The notes: a model not told the origin generated them from the sequence alone. Counted from the first letter of the stretch, positions 42,028-53,054 are shown. The stretch: DNA of 53,054 nucleotides from Myxococcota bacterium (GCA_039819565.1 JBCBRU010000003.1:1-53054); one strand, 5' to 3'. Program-made: numbers and translations.

Positions 42028-43341
42028 TTGCTAAACCCGATTTTCGCCCTTCTCGTGGTGGCTGCCGTGCTTACGGCCGCCCTCGGAGACACCATGCCGG
42101 CGGTCAGCGCCGCGGCCATCGACAGCGCAAAGAGCGCAGTTCAACTCGCGATCGGCCTGATCGGACAGATGGCCATGTGGCTCGGGTTCATGGCCATTTT
42201 AGAGGCGGCAGGGGTCATGCGCGGGGTGGCGCGGCTCCTTCGTCCGATACTCTCACGCCTCTTTCCCGACGTTCCCCCCGACCATCCCGCGATGGCTGCC
42301 ATGACGCTGAACCTCGGGGCCAACGTGCTCGGCCTCGCGAACGCGGCCACGCCCTTCGGCATCAAAGCCATGATCGAGCTCGAGCGGCTCAATGCTCGTC
42401 CGGGGGTCGCCAGCAACGCCATGGTCATGTTCCTCGCCATCAACACCAGCGGCGTGGCGGTGCTCGCGTTCGACATCATCGCGGTGCGCGCCGAGCTGGG
42501 GGCCCAGATCGTCTCGGGGGTGCTCCTCCCCTCAGCGTTGGCGACCGCGTGCTCGACGGTAGTGGGGGTGGTCGCGGTCAAGCTGATCGAGCGTCTCCCT
42601 GCCTTCGCGGCCGAGCGCTATCCGCCCAGCGAAGCGAAGACCTCGCCCTCCCTGACCTGGGGGGCGGGGAGCGCATCGGACCGCCCCACCGACGTGCCCG
42701 AGACCGGCGTCTCGAGGGGCGGGACGGTGGTGGCTATCGCTACCGCTGGTGTCATCCTCGTGGCCTTCCCTCGCTTCGTGCTCGGGGCGTTGGCCGAGGG
42801 CGCCACGGGTCTGGACGTCGTCAAGGCGGCCGCCAACGAATGGCTCCTCCCCATCTTGATGCTGAGCATCGTCCTCGCGGGCCTCAGCCGCGGCGTCAAG
42901 GTGTACGAAGTCTTCATCGAGGGGGCGAAAGGTGGCTTTCACGTTGCGGTGGCCATCATTCCCTATCTGGTGGCGATCCTGGTGGCGGTGGGGATGCTTC
43001 GGGCCTCGGGGGCTCTCGACCTGTTCATCACCGGAATCCGGCCGCTCACGGATGCCCTCGGCTTTCCGGCGGGGGCGCTCCCGATGGCCCTGGTGCGTCC
43101 GCTCTCCGGTTCGGGGGCGCTGGGGGTGGCGGCCGAGATCATGCGGGTCGAAGGACCGGACTCGCTGCTCGGGTTCACGGTCTCGGTCATGAACGGAAGC
43201 ACCGCGACGACTTTCTACGTCTTGGCCGTTTACTACGGCGCCGTGGGCATTCGCGCCGTGCGCCATACCGTTTGGGCCTGCCTGGCCGCTGACGCAGCCG
43301 GAGCCGTGGCCTCGGTCTTCTTTGCCCGTCTCTTTTTCTAA
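42028..43341 (+). CDS. fused spore-maturation SpmA/SpmB (nucleoside recognition gate) membrane protein
   Basis: ANVLGLANAATPFGIKAM, FLAINTS, FIEGAKGG, RPLSGSG, GSTATTFYVLAVYYG. Confidence 0.88.
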   Translation: MLNPIFALLVVAAVLTAALGDTMPAVSAAAIDSAKSAVQLAIGLIGQMAMWLGFMAILEAAGVMRGVARLLRPILSRLFPDVPPDHPAMAAMTLNLGANVLGLANAATPFGIKAMIELERLNARPGVASNAMVMFLAINTSGVAVLAFDIIAVRAELGAQIVSGVLLPSALATACSTVVGVVAVKLIERLPAFAAERYPPSEAKTSPSLTWGAGSASDRPTDVPETGVSRGGTVVAIATAGVILVAFPRFVLGALAEGATGLDVVKAAANEWLLPILMLSIVLAGLSRGVKVYEVFIEGAKGGFHVAVAIIPYLVAILVAVGMLRASGALDLFITGIRPLTDALGFPAGALPMALVRPLSGSGALGVAAEIMRVEGPDSLLGFTVSVMNGSTATTFYVLAVYYGAVGIRAVRHTVWACLAADAAGAVASVFFARLFF

Positions 43342-43577
43342 AGAAGATGTGCAGCCACCGTTTCCGGCGCGACCCTTGCGTCCTTCTCCATGGTGAAGTC
43401 GAGAACGCCCCCGCGTTTTCGCTGAGGCAGGAGGCGCGGCGGATTGCCACGGCAGGGACGTCGAACGGGTCGGTTGATTCGCCTTTCTCGGGATCATAAG
43501 CACCGCACGGCAACGGCAGGTTTCTCTTGCCGCTCTGCCCACGGATGATCCGGCCCGCGGGGCCGGCGGGAGCCACG

Positions 43578-44744
<1,167 letters not shown>

Positions 44745-44748
44745 GCGA

Positions 44749-45624
44749 ATGTCGATCTACGTTAACAAGGACACCAAGGTCGTCGTCCAGGGCATCACGG
44801 GCTCCGCCGGTTCCTTCCACGCCGGCCAGATGCTCGAGTACGGTACCCAGATCGTGGCCGGCTGCACGCCGGGCAAGGGAGGGCAGACCTTCGCCGAGCA
44901 GGTGCCGATCTTCGACACCGTTCGTGAGGCCAGAGAGAAGACGGGCTGCAACGCGTCCGTCGTTTACGTGCCTCCTCCCTTTTGCGCCGACGCCATCCTC
45001 GAGGCTCTCGAGGCCGAGATCGAGCTCATCGTGGTTATCACCGAGGGCATCCCGGTCCTCGACATGGTCAAGGTCAACGAGGTCTACCAGCGCTCGAAGA
45101 GCCGCATCATCGGCCCGAACTGCCCGGGCGTCATCACCCCCGGAGAGTGCAAGATCGGCATCATGCCCGGTCACATTCACCGGGCCGGTCCCATCGGCGT
45201 GGTCTCCCGCTCCGGTACCCTCACCTATGAGGCGGTGGGCCAGCTCAGTGCCCTCGGCATCGGGCAGTCCACCTGCGTAGGTATCGGCGGTGACCCCGTC
45301 AATGGAACTTCCCATACCGATGTCCTCGAAGCCTTCAACGCCGACCCGAACACCCACGGAGTGATCATGATCGGCGAGATCGGCGGCACCGCCGAGGAAG
45401 AGGCGGCGGATTACATCAAGCGGGAGATGAAAAAGCCCGTGGCCGGTTTCATCGCCGGGACCACCGCCCCTCCCGGCAAGCGCATGGGCCACGCTGGCGC
45501 GATCATCTCCGGAGGCAAGGGCACCGCCGGCGAGAAGATTGCTGCTCTCGAAGCGGCTGGAGTCAAAGTTGCGCCCACGCCAGCTCAGCTGGGCTCTACG
45601 CTCAAGGAAGTGATGGGAGGCTGA
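44749..45624 (+). CDS. sucD: succinyl-CoA synthetase alpha subunit
   Basis: [31 protein letters not shown]. Confidence 0.97.
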   Translation: MSIYVNKDTKVVVQGITGSAGSFHAGQMLEYGTQIVAGCTPGKGGQTFAEQVPIFDTVREAREKTGCNASVVYVPPPFCADAILEALEAEIELIVVITEGIPVLDMVKVNEVYQRSKSRIIGPNCPGVITPGECKIGIMPGHIHRAGPIGVVSRSGTLTYEAVGQLSALGIGQSTCVGIGGDPVNGTSHTDVLEAFNADPNTHGVIMIGEIGGTAEEEAADYIKREMKKPVAGFIAGTTAPPGKRMGHAGAIISGGKGTAGEKIAALEAAGVKVAPTPAQLGSTLKEVMGG

Positions 45625-45633
45625 GCCTCTCCG

Positions 45634-45659
45634 GGGCCTCCGATTCCCTTCGGAGGCCC
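45634..45659 (+). terminator. hairpin after sucD (probable terminator)
   Basis: GGGCCTCCGA / TCGGAGGCCC 10-bp stem just after the stop; weak U-tract. Confidence 0.6.
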
Positions 45660-45704
45660 GCGCCTTGTTGCCATGCGCGCCCAGGCGTAACGTCCCGCGC
45701 GGCC

Positions 45705-46226
45705 GTGAACATCTACATGATGAAGAAGCCGAAGCGGATCAACTCCGTGTCGGTCGCGTTGGCCCTGATGGCGCTCGCCTTCCTGTACTTCCTTTGGGCT
45801 GTCGTCCCAACCCTCTGGCCGCTGTGGCAGATGTCCGGAATCATGCGCACGGCCTGCTCGGTGGCGTACTCGGAGGCGGACGATGAGGTGGTCATGCAGC
45901 GTTTGGTCAAAGACGGTCGACGCACCAAGCTCCGCATCTCGAAGGATAATTTTCTGCTCGAGCGCGTGGCCTTCACGGAGGACGAGATTCTCGCCGCTCC
46001 GGAGCGGCTCCGCGGGGTCATGTCGAAGAAGGGCAAAGAGTGTGTGCTTCGCTTTCGCTACGTGGATACCTATGCGCTCCCTCTCCTTGGACTCGAGTAT
46101 GAGCTGCCCTATGAGTCCAAGGTCACGCTGAGTCTTCAGCCCGACGAGACCGCCAACTACCTGAACGACCTCGTGTATAATTCCTGCACGTGTACGCGCA
46201 CCCGGAGCGGAGGCGCCCCACGGTGA
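45705..46226 (+). CDS. hypothetical membrane-anchored protein
   Basis: N-terminal TM helix; stop overlaps the pyrB start (GTGA). Confidence 0.6.
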   Translation: MNIYMMKKPKRINSVSVALALMALAFLYFLWAVVPTLWPLWQMSGIMRTACSVAYSEADDEVVMQRLVKDGRRTKLRISKDNFLLERVAFTEDEILAAPERLRGVMSKKGKECVLRFRYVDTYALPLLGLEYELPYESKVTLSLQPDETANYLNDLVYNSCTCTRTRSGGAPR

Positions 46227-47194
46227 CCGGTCCCGTCCGGCTGCGGACCCAGCGTCATCTCCTCGGGATCGAGGATCTGGACTCCGGCGAGGTTCGAAAG
46301 CTTCTGAGCCGAGCTCGAGAGCTTCGAGACCTCCCCCGACTGAGCGCCGAGCGCCCCCTCGTGGGCGTTTCCGTGGTGACCCTCTTCTACGAGAACAGCA
46401 CTCGGACGCGGGTCTCCTTCGAGATGGCGGCCCATAAGCTCGGGGCTTCCACGATCAGCGTCTCCTCATCTTCGAGCTCGGTGGCCAAAGGCGAGACCCT
46501 CTGGGATACCGGACGCACCCTGGCCGCCATGGAGCCGGGCGTGATCGTGATTCGCCACGGAAGCCCCGGCGCCTCTCTCATCTTGGCGGAAGCGATGGAG
46601 AGCGTAGGAGAGACCATCGTCGTCAACGCCGGAGACGGCGCGCACGAGCATCCCACTCAAGCCCTCCTCGACGCTCTCACCCTTCTGGATCGCCTGGAGA
46701 CGCTGGAGGGGCGCACCATCGGTATCATCGGAGACATCGCGCACTCCCGGGTGGCCCGCTCCAACGTGTTCCTGCTCAGGAAGCTCGGGGCCCGGGTTCT
46801 CCTCGGAGGACCTCGCTCCCTGGTCCCTAAGACCCTCGAGCCCCTCGGCGCGTTCATCGTCCGGGATGTCGACGAGATCATCGAGGTGGCCGACGCGGTC
46901 ATGATGCTCCGCGTCCAGTTCGAGCGGATGCTCGGTCCTCCCGCCTTTCCGAGTCTCTCCGACTACACCCGTACCTACGGCCTCACCGCCGCGAGGGCCG
47001 AGCGCATGCGTCCTCGGGCCTTCGTGATGCACCCTGGACCTATGAATCGGGGCATTGAGATCGACCCCGAGGTGGCCGATGGCCCCACCTCGGTGGTGGC
47101 GCACCAGGTCACCAACGGGGTCGCGGCGCGCATGGCGGTGCTCGAGCGCGCCATGGAGAAAGGACCCTGGGGGCCACCCGGGAGCGCACCGTGA
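46223..47194 (+). CDS. pyrB: aspartate carbamoyltransferase catalytic subunit
   Basis: FYENSTRTRVSFE, NAGDGAHEHPTQALLD, GDIAHSRVARS, MHPGPMNRG. Confidence 0.96.
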   Translation: MTGPVRLRTQRHLLGIEDLDSGEVRKLLSRARELRDLPRLSAERPLVGVSVVTLFYENSTRTRVSFEMAAHKLGASTISVSSSSSSVAKGETLWDTGRTLAAMEPGVIVIRHGSPGASLILAEAMESVGETIVVNAGDGAHEHPTQALLDALTLLDRLETLEGRTIGIIGDIAHSRVARSNVFLLRKLGARVLLGGPRSLVPKTLEPLGAFIVRDVDEIIEVADAVMMLRVQFERMLGPPAFPSLSDYTRTYGLTAARAERMRPRAFVMHPGPMNRGIEIDPEVADGPTSVVAHQVTNGVAARMAVLERAMEKGPWGPPGSAP

Positions 47195-48492
47195 AGAGGA
47201 CCTTGATCCGCAACGTACGGCTCTTCGACCCGGGAGCCGGAATCGACGCCGACAATCGGACCGTGCTCGTGGAGGGCGCCCACGTCCGCAGCCTCGAGGC
47301 GGAGCCGGACTGGCTCGCCGACCGAGTGGTGGAGGGGGAGGGACGCCTGCTTTGCCCCGGCTTTATCGATCTCCGGTGTCACCTGGGAGAGCCGGGCTTC
47401 AAGCGGCAGGAGTCCATCGCGACCGGCGTCTCGGCGGCCGCGGCCGGGGGCTTCACGACCGTGGTCATGATGCCGACGACGGAGCCCACCATCGATCGCG
47501 TGGAGGTGGTGGAGCTCATCGTGTCCCGAGCGCGGGCGGCGGGAAGTACCCGGGTCCTCCCCGCCGGGGCGCTCTCGGTCGGTCGGGCCGGAGAGCGGCT
47601 CGCGGAAATGGGGAAACTGTCCGCAGCCGGTTGCGTGGCCTTCACGGACGGCGATCGCTCGGTGCAGGACAGCCAGCTGCTTCGCTACGCGATGGAGACG
47701 GCCTACGATCTGCGGATGCCCGTGGTCACCCACGCCGAGGACGAGTCCTTGTCCTTGGGAGGGGTGATGAACGAGGGCGAGGTGTCGGCGCGATTGGGCC
47801 TCCGCGGGGTGCCGAGCGCCGCCGAAGCCGTCGGGGTCGCCCGCGACCTCGCGATCGCGGAGCTGACCGGGGCTCGGCTCCATCTTGGGCACATCTCGAC
47901 GGTGGGAGCCGTGGATCTGATTCGGCAGGCCAAGCGCCGCGGGGTTCGGGTCACCGCCGAAGTCGCACCTCATCACCTCGTCCTGACCGACGAGGCGGCG
48001 CTGGGGTACGACACGGCCGCGAAGATCTCTCCGCCTCTGAGGACCCAAGCGGATGTGGACGCCGTCACTAAAGCGCTCGGAGACGGCACCTTGGACGCGG
48101 TCGCCACGGACCATCGAGGTCGCTCGGAACTCGAGAAGAAGGTCGAGTTCGATCAAGCCGCGTTCGGGGCCATCGGCCTCGAAACGGCATTGGGCGTGGT
48201 TCTGAGTCTCGTACGCCAGGGAAAGCTGACCCTCGAGCGAGCGATCGCGGTGCTCACCCGAGGCCCGGCTCAAACCCTCGGTCGCCAGGACCTGGGTCGG
48301 ATCGTCGAGATGGGGATGGCCGATCTCGTGTTGGTGGAGCTGGATCGTCCGTGGGTCTTCCGGCCGAGCGAGTCGCGGTCTCGCTCCCGCAATACGCCTT
48401 TCGGGGGCCAGAGCTTTCCAGGGCGCCCCGTTTGGACCATGGCGGGGGGAGAAGTCACCTTTGACATCATCGACTCGGGAGCGGGCGAGTGA
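47191..48492 (+). CDS. pyrC: dihydroorotase-like protein, probably inactive PyrC' (ATCase structural subunit)
   Basis: DHOase fold motifs (AGGFTTV, TAEVAPHHL, SPPLRT, NTPF), but DLRCH replaces DxHxH and TDHRGR replaces TDHAPH. Confidence 0.85.
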   Translation: MKRTLIRNVRLFDPGAGIDADNRTVLVEGAHVRSLEAEPDWLADRVVEGEGRLLCPGFIDLRCHLGEPGFKRQESIATGVSAAAAGGFTTVVMMPTTEPTIDRVEVVELIVSRARAAGSTRVLPAGALSVGRAGERLAEMGKLSAAGCVAFTDGDRSVQDSQLLRYAMETAYDLRMPVVTHAEDESLSLGGVMNEGEVSARLGLRGVPSAAEAVGVARDLAIAELTGARLHLGHISTVGAVDLIRQAKRRGVRVTAEVAPHHLVLTDEAALGYDTAAKISPPLRTQADVDAVTKALGDGTLDAVATDHRGRSELEKKVEFDQAAFGAIGLETALGVVLSLVRQGKLTLERAIAVLTRGPAQTLGRQDLGRIVEMGMADLVLVELDRPWVFRPSESRSRSRNTPFGGQSFPGRPVWTMAGGEVTFDIIDSGAGE

Positions 48493-49148
48493 TGGCGGCC
48501 CGATTCTTCTTGGGAGGCTGCGGGGCTGCGCTCTTCTTGGTCGGATGTGCGCGGGGAGAGACGCCCGAGGCCGCCCTCGAGGCCTACCGGGCTGCCCTGC
48601 GGCAAGGGGATATCGAGGAGATTCGCCGCCGCTCGGACGCCGGGTTTCGTGCCGCGCATCCCCAGGCTGATCTCGAGCGATGGGCCAAGAAGAACCCACG
48701 GCTCCTGGGCGAAGCTCAGACTCGACTCGAGGCGAAGGACGAGAGTCGCGCGGTCGAGGCTCGGGTGCCCCTCGAGGGGGGCGGCGAAGCTCGGCTCGTG
48801 TGGGAGGGAGGCGCCTGGAAGGTGGCCGAAGGGGGCTGGTTGGTGGCCGAATTCGACACTCCCGAACATGCTCTAGAGACCTTCTTCTTCGCCGCCACGG
48901 GTCACCTCGGATTGCTCCGCGCGTGTCTGACGGACGAAGCCGCGAAGCGCTTCGCGAGCGACTTTGCCCTCGGTAAGCATCTCTACGCCCAGCGCTCCCG
49001 CATCTTTGCGGCCCGCGATGCGGTGGGGCCCTTGCCGCCGGGGCGGGCGCGACGAGAGGGGCGTAGGGCGTGGATCGACTACGGTTCCGGAAAGAGCGCC
49101 GAGCTCGTGCTCGAAGGCGAGCGGTGGAGAGTCGTGGATGTGGAGTGA
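48489..49148 (+). CDS. hypothetical lipoprotein (two TPE-x-A-L NTF2-like repeats)
   Basis: LVGC lipobox; TPEAALEAY / TPEHALETF; LVWEGGAWKV / LVLEGERWRV. Confidence 0.65.
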   Translation: MMAARFFLGGCGAALFLVGCARGETPEAALEAYRAALRQGDIEEIRRRSDAGFRAAHPQADLERWAKKNPRLLGEAQTRLEAKDESRAVEARVPLEGGGEARLVWEGGAWKVAEGGWLVAEFDTPEHALETFFFAATGHLGLLRACLTDEAAKRFASDFALGKHLYAQRSRIFAARDAVGPLPPGRARREGRRAWIDYGSGKSAELVLEGERWRVVDVE

Positions 49149-49584
49149 GGTCCCGCGCGCTTTCCGTCTCGCGATCCTGCTCGGGGTCGCAGGGGTCGGG
49201 TGCGGCCCCGGGCCGAACGACTGGCCGTTTGGACGCCCCCGCGTGGTGCTCTTCGAGTTTCTCGAGCAACAGCCGCAGGATGCGTTGACGCTCTCTTTCG
49301 CAGCGGAGTTCGAGGACGGCGATGGAGACCTGGGGGGCGGAGTCCTGGAACTCGAGGTGCAGGGCCGAGCTGCGGAACAAGTTCCGATGTCCTCGGTGTT
49401 CTCGTCCCAGGCTCCTCCGCTCGCGCCGAACGCGACGGCCGGTCGGTTCGAGTTCTTCGTCCAGCTTCGCTCTGAGGTAGCGAGCGGGGATGAGGTCGAG
49501 ATAGGAGTTGTCCTGGAAGACGCTTCGGGAGAACGCTCGAACCGTCCGAAGATCGTGCTGGAGGCCGTGGAACCCGGTTCCTAG
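49138..49584 (+). CDS. hypothetical lipoprotein
   Basis: GVGC lipobox-like; FEDGDGDLGGG motif; start uncertain. Confidence 0.55.
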   Translation: MWSEVPRAFRLAILLGVAGVGCGPGPNDWPFGRPRVVLFEFLEQQPQDALTLSFAAEFEDGDGDLGGGVLELEVQGRAAEQVPMSSVFSSQAPPLAPNATAGRFEFFVQLRSEVASGDEVEIGVVLEDASGERSNRPKIVLEAVEPGS

Positions 49585-49595
49585 AGAGAAGGCGG

Positions 49596-50018
49596 ATGAG
49601 CAGTCGCGACGACCAGGACACCTGGCCCCCAGTCGATGCCCATGATGACCCCGACGACGAGATGTTTTCTCGTCGAGAGTCGCGGGGAAGGAGCCGGGGC
49701 GTGCCCGACTTCGTCCGGCGGGCCATCGAGAACACGGTGGGGTCGGTCCAGAGCACCGGCGCGGTGTCCAAAGAGGCAATCCACTTCTTTCTTTCCACCA
49801 CCGACAAGCGGCGGCGAGAGATCGTGCGGATGTTCGCCACTGAGGTGGGCGACTTTCTCAAGCACGCCGACATCTCCTCTGAGATCGTCAAGGTCCTGAC
49901 CAGCGTCGAAGCGGACGTGGAGTTCAAGGTTCGGTTTCGCAGGACCGACGACGGCAAGGTGGTTCCCGAAGCCGCCGCCAAGGAGCCCGCTGAGTCGCCG
50001 GACGAAGAGAAGTCGTGA
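49596..50018 (+). CDS. hypothetical protein
   Basis: GAAGG RBS, helical acidic protein, in-operon spacing. Confidence 0.65.
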   Translation: MSSRDDQDTWPPVDAHDDPDDEMFSRRESRGRSRGVPDFVRRAIENTVGSVQSTGAVSKEAIHFFLSTTDKRRREIVRMFATEVGDFLKHADISSEIVKVLTSVEADVEFKVRFRRTDDGKVVPEAAAKEPAESPDEEKS

Positions 50019-50398
50019 TCGGTCGCCGCGGGGCCCTGCTGTTTCTCGTGGCGGGGGTGCTGCTCGGGGTCTGGCTGTTTCGAGACGCCCGACGGGTGAA
50101 CATCCGCTTTCCGATCGCCGGGGCGGGGCCCTGCGCGGAGGTTCTTCGCCTCGAGCTCGGCACCGCCGGGGCCGGCGGACTGAAGGTCGAGCGGACGCTT
50201 TCCTTGCGTTTGGATGGCCCTCCGCTGCCGCCGTGGTCGGTGTCTCTACGGGGCCGGGAGTGGGTGCTCCGGGGGGAGCTACGCTGTCGCTCCGGCCACG
50301 TCGAGCGCCTCGGCGAGCGACCCGTCGAAGTCCGAGACGAAGGTGAAGTCGTCGTTGACCTCGACGGTCGATGTCGGTGTGCCCGCGGTCCGGAATGA
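50015..50398 (+). CDS. hypothetical membrane-anchored protein
   Basis: GTGA overlap with the upstream gene; N-terminal TM. Confidence 0.5.
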   Translation: MIGRRGALLFLVAGVLLGVWLFRDARRVNIRFPIAGAGPCAEVLRLELGTAGAGGLKVERTLSLRLDGPPLPPWSVSLRGREWVLRGELRCRSGHVERLGERPVEVRDEGEVVVDLDGRCRCARGPE

Positions 50399-50426
50399 CC
50401 GGGGAACACCTCGGGTTCGATCGTTG

Positions 50427-51614
50427 ATGAAGCGGCCGTTGGGACCCACGGGAGGCCTCCTCCTCTTCCTCCTCGCGGTCAGCTGTCGAAGCGGGCCCGC
50501 AGAGCCGAGCTCAGCCCTCCAGCCCGGCGGCCGCTCCGACAATCCGCACCTGTTCGGACCGGAGGCCATCGAGAAGATCCTCAAGACGAGCCCGCGCACC
50601 TACCGGGTGTCGAGCGGGGAGGCGGTCGAGCCGGTGGGGGTCGTCGACATCGTACGGCGACAAGAAAAGGGCGGCTCTCGCAGAATGGACCCCTTCATCG
50701 AAGTGGACCGTAGCGAGGGCAAGGTTCGACTGCGCAGCCACCTTCCGGACGAGGACGTGGAGCCGCTGTTCTCCCAGGCGAGCGACGCCTTCGCGGCGCG
50801 CGACTTCGAGCGAGCGCGACGGCTGTACCGCGAGGCGGTCGATATCCGACCAGGATACTTCAAGAGCTATACCTATCTCGGGAACGCCCTCTATTTCCTG
50901 GCTCGCTACGCGGAAGCGCAAGAGGTCTTCGAACAGGCTCTCCGCCTGAACCCCTTCGACTATCAGGCCCATTTGTTCTTGGGAGATACGCTTCATCAGC
51001 TCGGGCACTACGACGAAGCGAAACGCTCACTGACCCACGCCTTCGTTCTCAATCGCGACAATGAGGTGGTGCAGGAGAGGTTGCGAGGCAGCCTCGCCAA
51101 GATGGGCCTGGCTCTTCGTGAGGCGCGTATCGAGCCCAAAGTGAGGGTCCTTCCGAGCATCGGTGAGGAGGTCGTTATCCAGCTCGACCGAGAGGAGGGT
51201 GAGCGTTGGTATGCTCTCGCGGCCTGTCTCGCGTGTTGGTCTTACGAGGAAGCCTGTCGGGGTCGTGCGCCCCCTGATCAGGACCCGCTGCGGATCGCGA
51301 TGTACCGTGAGTGCCTGCTCAACCAGGCGGCGTCGGTGGCGGCGCGCTCCGAGGATGGCGGGGCTGCCGCCGATGAGCGGATTCTCCTGGCCGCGATCGA
51401 GGATGGCTTCCTCGAGGCGATCGTATTTTGGGAAGTCCTGGCCAAGCGGGCGCCGGCCGTCATGCTCCTCATCCCCGAGGAGCTCCGGGGTGATGTCCTT
51501 AGATATATCGACCGCTACGTGTACGTGAGCACCCGGATGGTTGATGGCCGGTCGGTTACGCAGCCCGCGTATGCCGCGGGGTTAGGCTGGGGGTCGGCTC
51601 CGCCGTCTCGTTGA
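50427..51614 (+). CDS. tetratricopeptide-repeat lipoprotein
   Basis: AVSC lipobox; YTYLGNALYFLARYAEAQEVFEQALRLNP and AHLFLGDTLHQLGHYDEA TPRs. Confidence 0.8.
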   Translation: MKRPLGPTGGLLLFLLAVSCRSGPAEPSSALQPGGRSDNPHLFGPEAIEKILKTSPRTYRVSSGEAVEPVGVVDIVRRQEKGGSRRMDPFIEVDRSEGKVRLRSHLPDEDVEPLFSQASDAFAARDFERARRLYREAVDIRPGYFKSYTYLGNALYFLARYAEAQEVFEQALRLNPFDYQAHLFLGDTLHQLGHYDEAKRSLTHAFVLNRDNEVVQERLRGSLAKMGLALREARIEPKVRVLPSIGEEVVIQLDREEGERWYALAACLACWSYEEACRGRAPPDQDPLRIAMYRECLLNQAASVAARSEDGGAAADERILLAAIEDGFLEAIVFWEVLAKRAPAVMLLIPEELRGDVLRYIDRYVYVSTRMVDGRSVTQPAYAAGLGWGSAPPSR

Positions 51615-51646
51615 CATTCCGCGGAGCAAAAAAGAGGTTCGGCGCC

Positions 51647-52869
51647 ATGAGCAGCCGCGACGTCGTCGTCCTCGCCGCGAAGCGCACCGCCATTGGGTCC
51701 TTTCAGGGGGCTCTCGCTTCCCTGACGGCCCCCCAGCTCGGGGCTGCGGCCGCGAAATCTGCCCTCGAGGCCGCCAAGGTTCGACCGGAGCAGGTGGACG
51801 AGGTCTACGTGGGCTCCGTGCTCCCCGCCGGGGTCGGCCAGGCCCCTGCGAGACAGGTGGCCCTCGCGGCGGGCTGTCCCACCGATACCCCCTGCACCAC
51901 CGTAAACAAGGTCTGCGGCTCGGGACTCAAGACGGTGATGCTGGGAGCGAGCCAGATTCGGGCCGGCGAAGCGGAGGTGGTCCTCGCCGGCGGGATGGAG
52001 TCGATGTCGAACGTCCCTTACTACGTACACGGGGCGCGCGACGGGCTTCGCTTCGGGGACGCCAAGCTCGTTGACGGGATGATCAAGGACGGCCTTTGGG
52101 ACGTCTACAACGACTACCATATGGGCAATGCGGCTGAGCTCTCCACCGCGAACTCGTCCTGGGCAGCTCGGCTGATGGACATCTCGCGAGCGCAAAGCTC
52201 AGCCGCATTGCCCAGGACGAGTTCGCGGTGGAGAGCTACGCCCGTGCGCGGACCGCACAGGAGTCCGGCGCGTTTGCCGAAGAGATCGTTCCCGTCGAGG
52301 TGCCTCAGCGCAAAGGCGATCCGATCGTCGTGGACCGCGACGAGGAGCCGGGACGAGGCAAGCCCGAGCGCTTCCCCAGTCTTCGTCCCTCGTTCGACCG
52401 CGAGGGCAGTGTCACCGCCGCCAATGCGTCCTCCCTCAACGACGGGGCGGCGATGGTGGTGTTGGCCTCCCGGGCCTTCGCGGAGAAGAACGGGTTGACG
52501 CCGCTGGCCGTCTTGACGGGCCAGGGGAGCGCCGCTCAGGCCCCGGAGTGGTTCACCACCGCCCCCGCCAAGGCCATCTCCGCAACCCTCGATCGCATGA
52601 ACCTGACGGTGGGCGACATCGACCTCTTCGAGATCAACGAAGCCTTCGCCGTGGTCTCCATCGCCAACGAGCAGCTGCTGGAGCTGGACCGCAAGAAGGT
52701 CAACATTCACGGTGGGGCGGTGGCGCTAGGTCATCCTATTGGCGCCTCGGGCGCCCGTATCCTCGCGACCTTGGTGCATGCTCTGCACAAGCACGGGCTT
52801 CGTCGCGGCCTGGCCTCCCTCTGCATCGGTGGGGGCGAGGCGGTCGCAGTGGTCGTCGAGCGGGGCTAA
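51647..52869 (+). CDS. acetyl-CoA C-acyltransferase (thiolase), interrupted by a 38-bp net inversion-duplication (likely artefact)
   Basis: TVNKVCGSGL, AGGMESMS, NDGAA, EINEAFA, GHPIGASG, LCIGGG split across two frames at ~52140-52210. Confidence 0.88.
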
Positions 52870-53043
52870 CCGCCCGTTGATCTGGAGCTGCATGGCGCTG
52901 TCGGCCGGTCTTTCCGTGAAACGCTCCGACCGGCTTCGCCTCTCCTCGGTCGCGTATGCCCGATACGCTCACCTCGTCGTCTAATCGTTTCACGAAAACC
53001 CTGACTCGACAGCGCCGTGCAGCTCCAAATCAACGGGCGGTTA
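52867..53043. mobile_element. ERIC-like/MITE-like palindromic element 2, with a second copy starting at 53042
   Basis: ~60-bp imperfect terminal IR TAACCGCCCGTTGAT..GCGCTGTCG..CGTGAAACG; begins in the thiolase TAA stop and ends in TTA; followed by TAGCCGCCCGTTG. Confidence 0.7.
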
Positions 53044-53054
53044 GCCGCCCGTTG

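Noticed and set aside
46975-49779. 934-aa minus-strand ORF
   Set aside because: Antisense shadow of pyrB/pyrC and the downstream genes; Arg/Pro-rich with no motifs, typical of high-GC DNA.
51611-52869. Thiolase as two genes or a programmed frameshift
   Set aside because: Fully explained by the local inversion-duplication.

Overview
High-GC bacterial window whose gene content and Asp-Ala/Met-Gly stalked lipoproteins suggest Myxococcota (inference). From left to right: a partial S41 peptidase, fadH, a DsbA/HCCA isomerase, an NDM-like subclass B1 metallo-beta-lactamase fused to a ~310-aa winged-helix-like tail, a GST and an intact IS5-family element (7253-8124). Next is a ~21-kb alpha-glucan (starch/glycogen/pullulan) utilisation locus (8125-28882). 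It holds a MalEFGK-like ABC transporter, three GH13 enzymes, two stand-alone glucodextranase-DOMON proteins, two choice-of-anchor-X-like lipoproteins, a lipoprotein AGE-superfamily enzyme and an unclassified outer-membrane beta-barrel, but no SusC/TonB receptor, LamB or regulator. A scattered polysaccharide-export set follows (Wzx, GT2, short OPX plus beta-barrel, and an FHA-fused Wzc-like copolymerase). The rest is housekeeping: IDH, SpmAB, sucCD, pyrB with a probably inactive pyrC', and a thiolase. Two ERIC-like palindromic elements share a covarying core. Two template-switch/foldback signatures (bases 1-236 and inside the thiolase) point to amplification or assembly chimeras. All assignments come from motif recognition by eye; no database searches were run.
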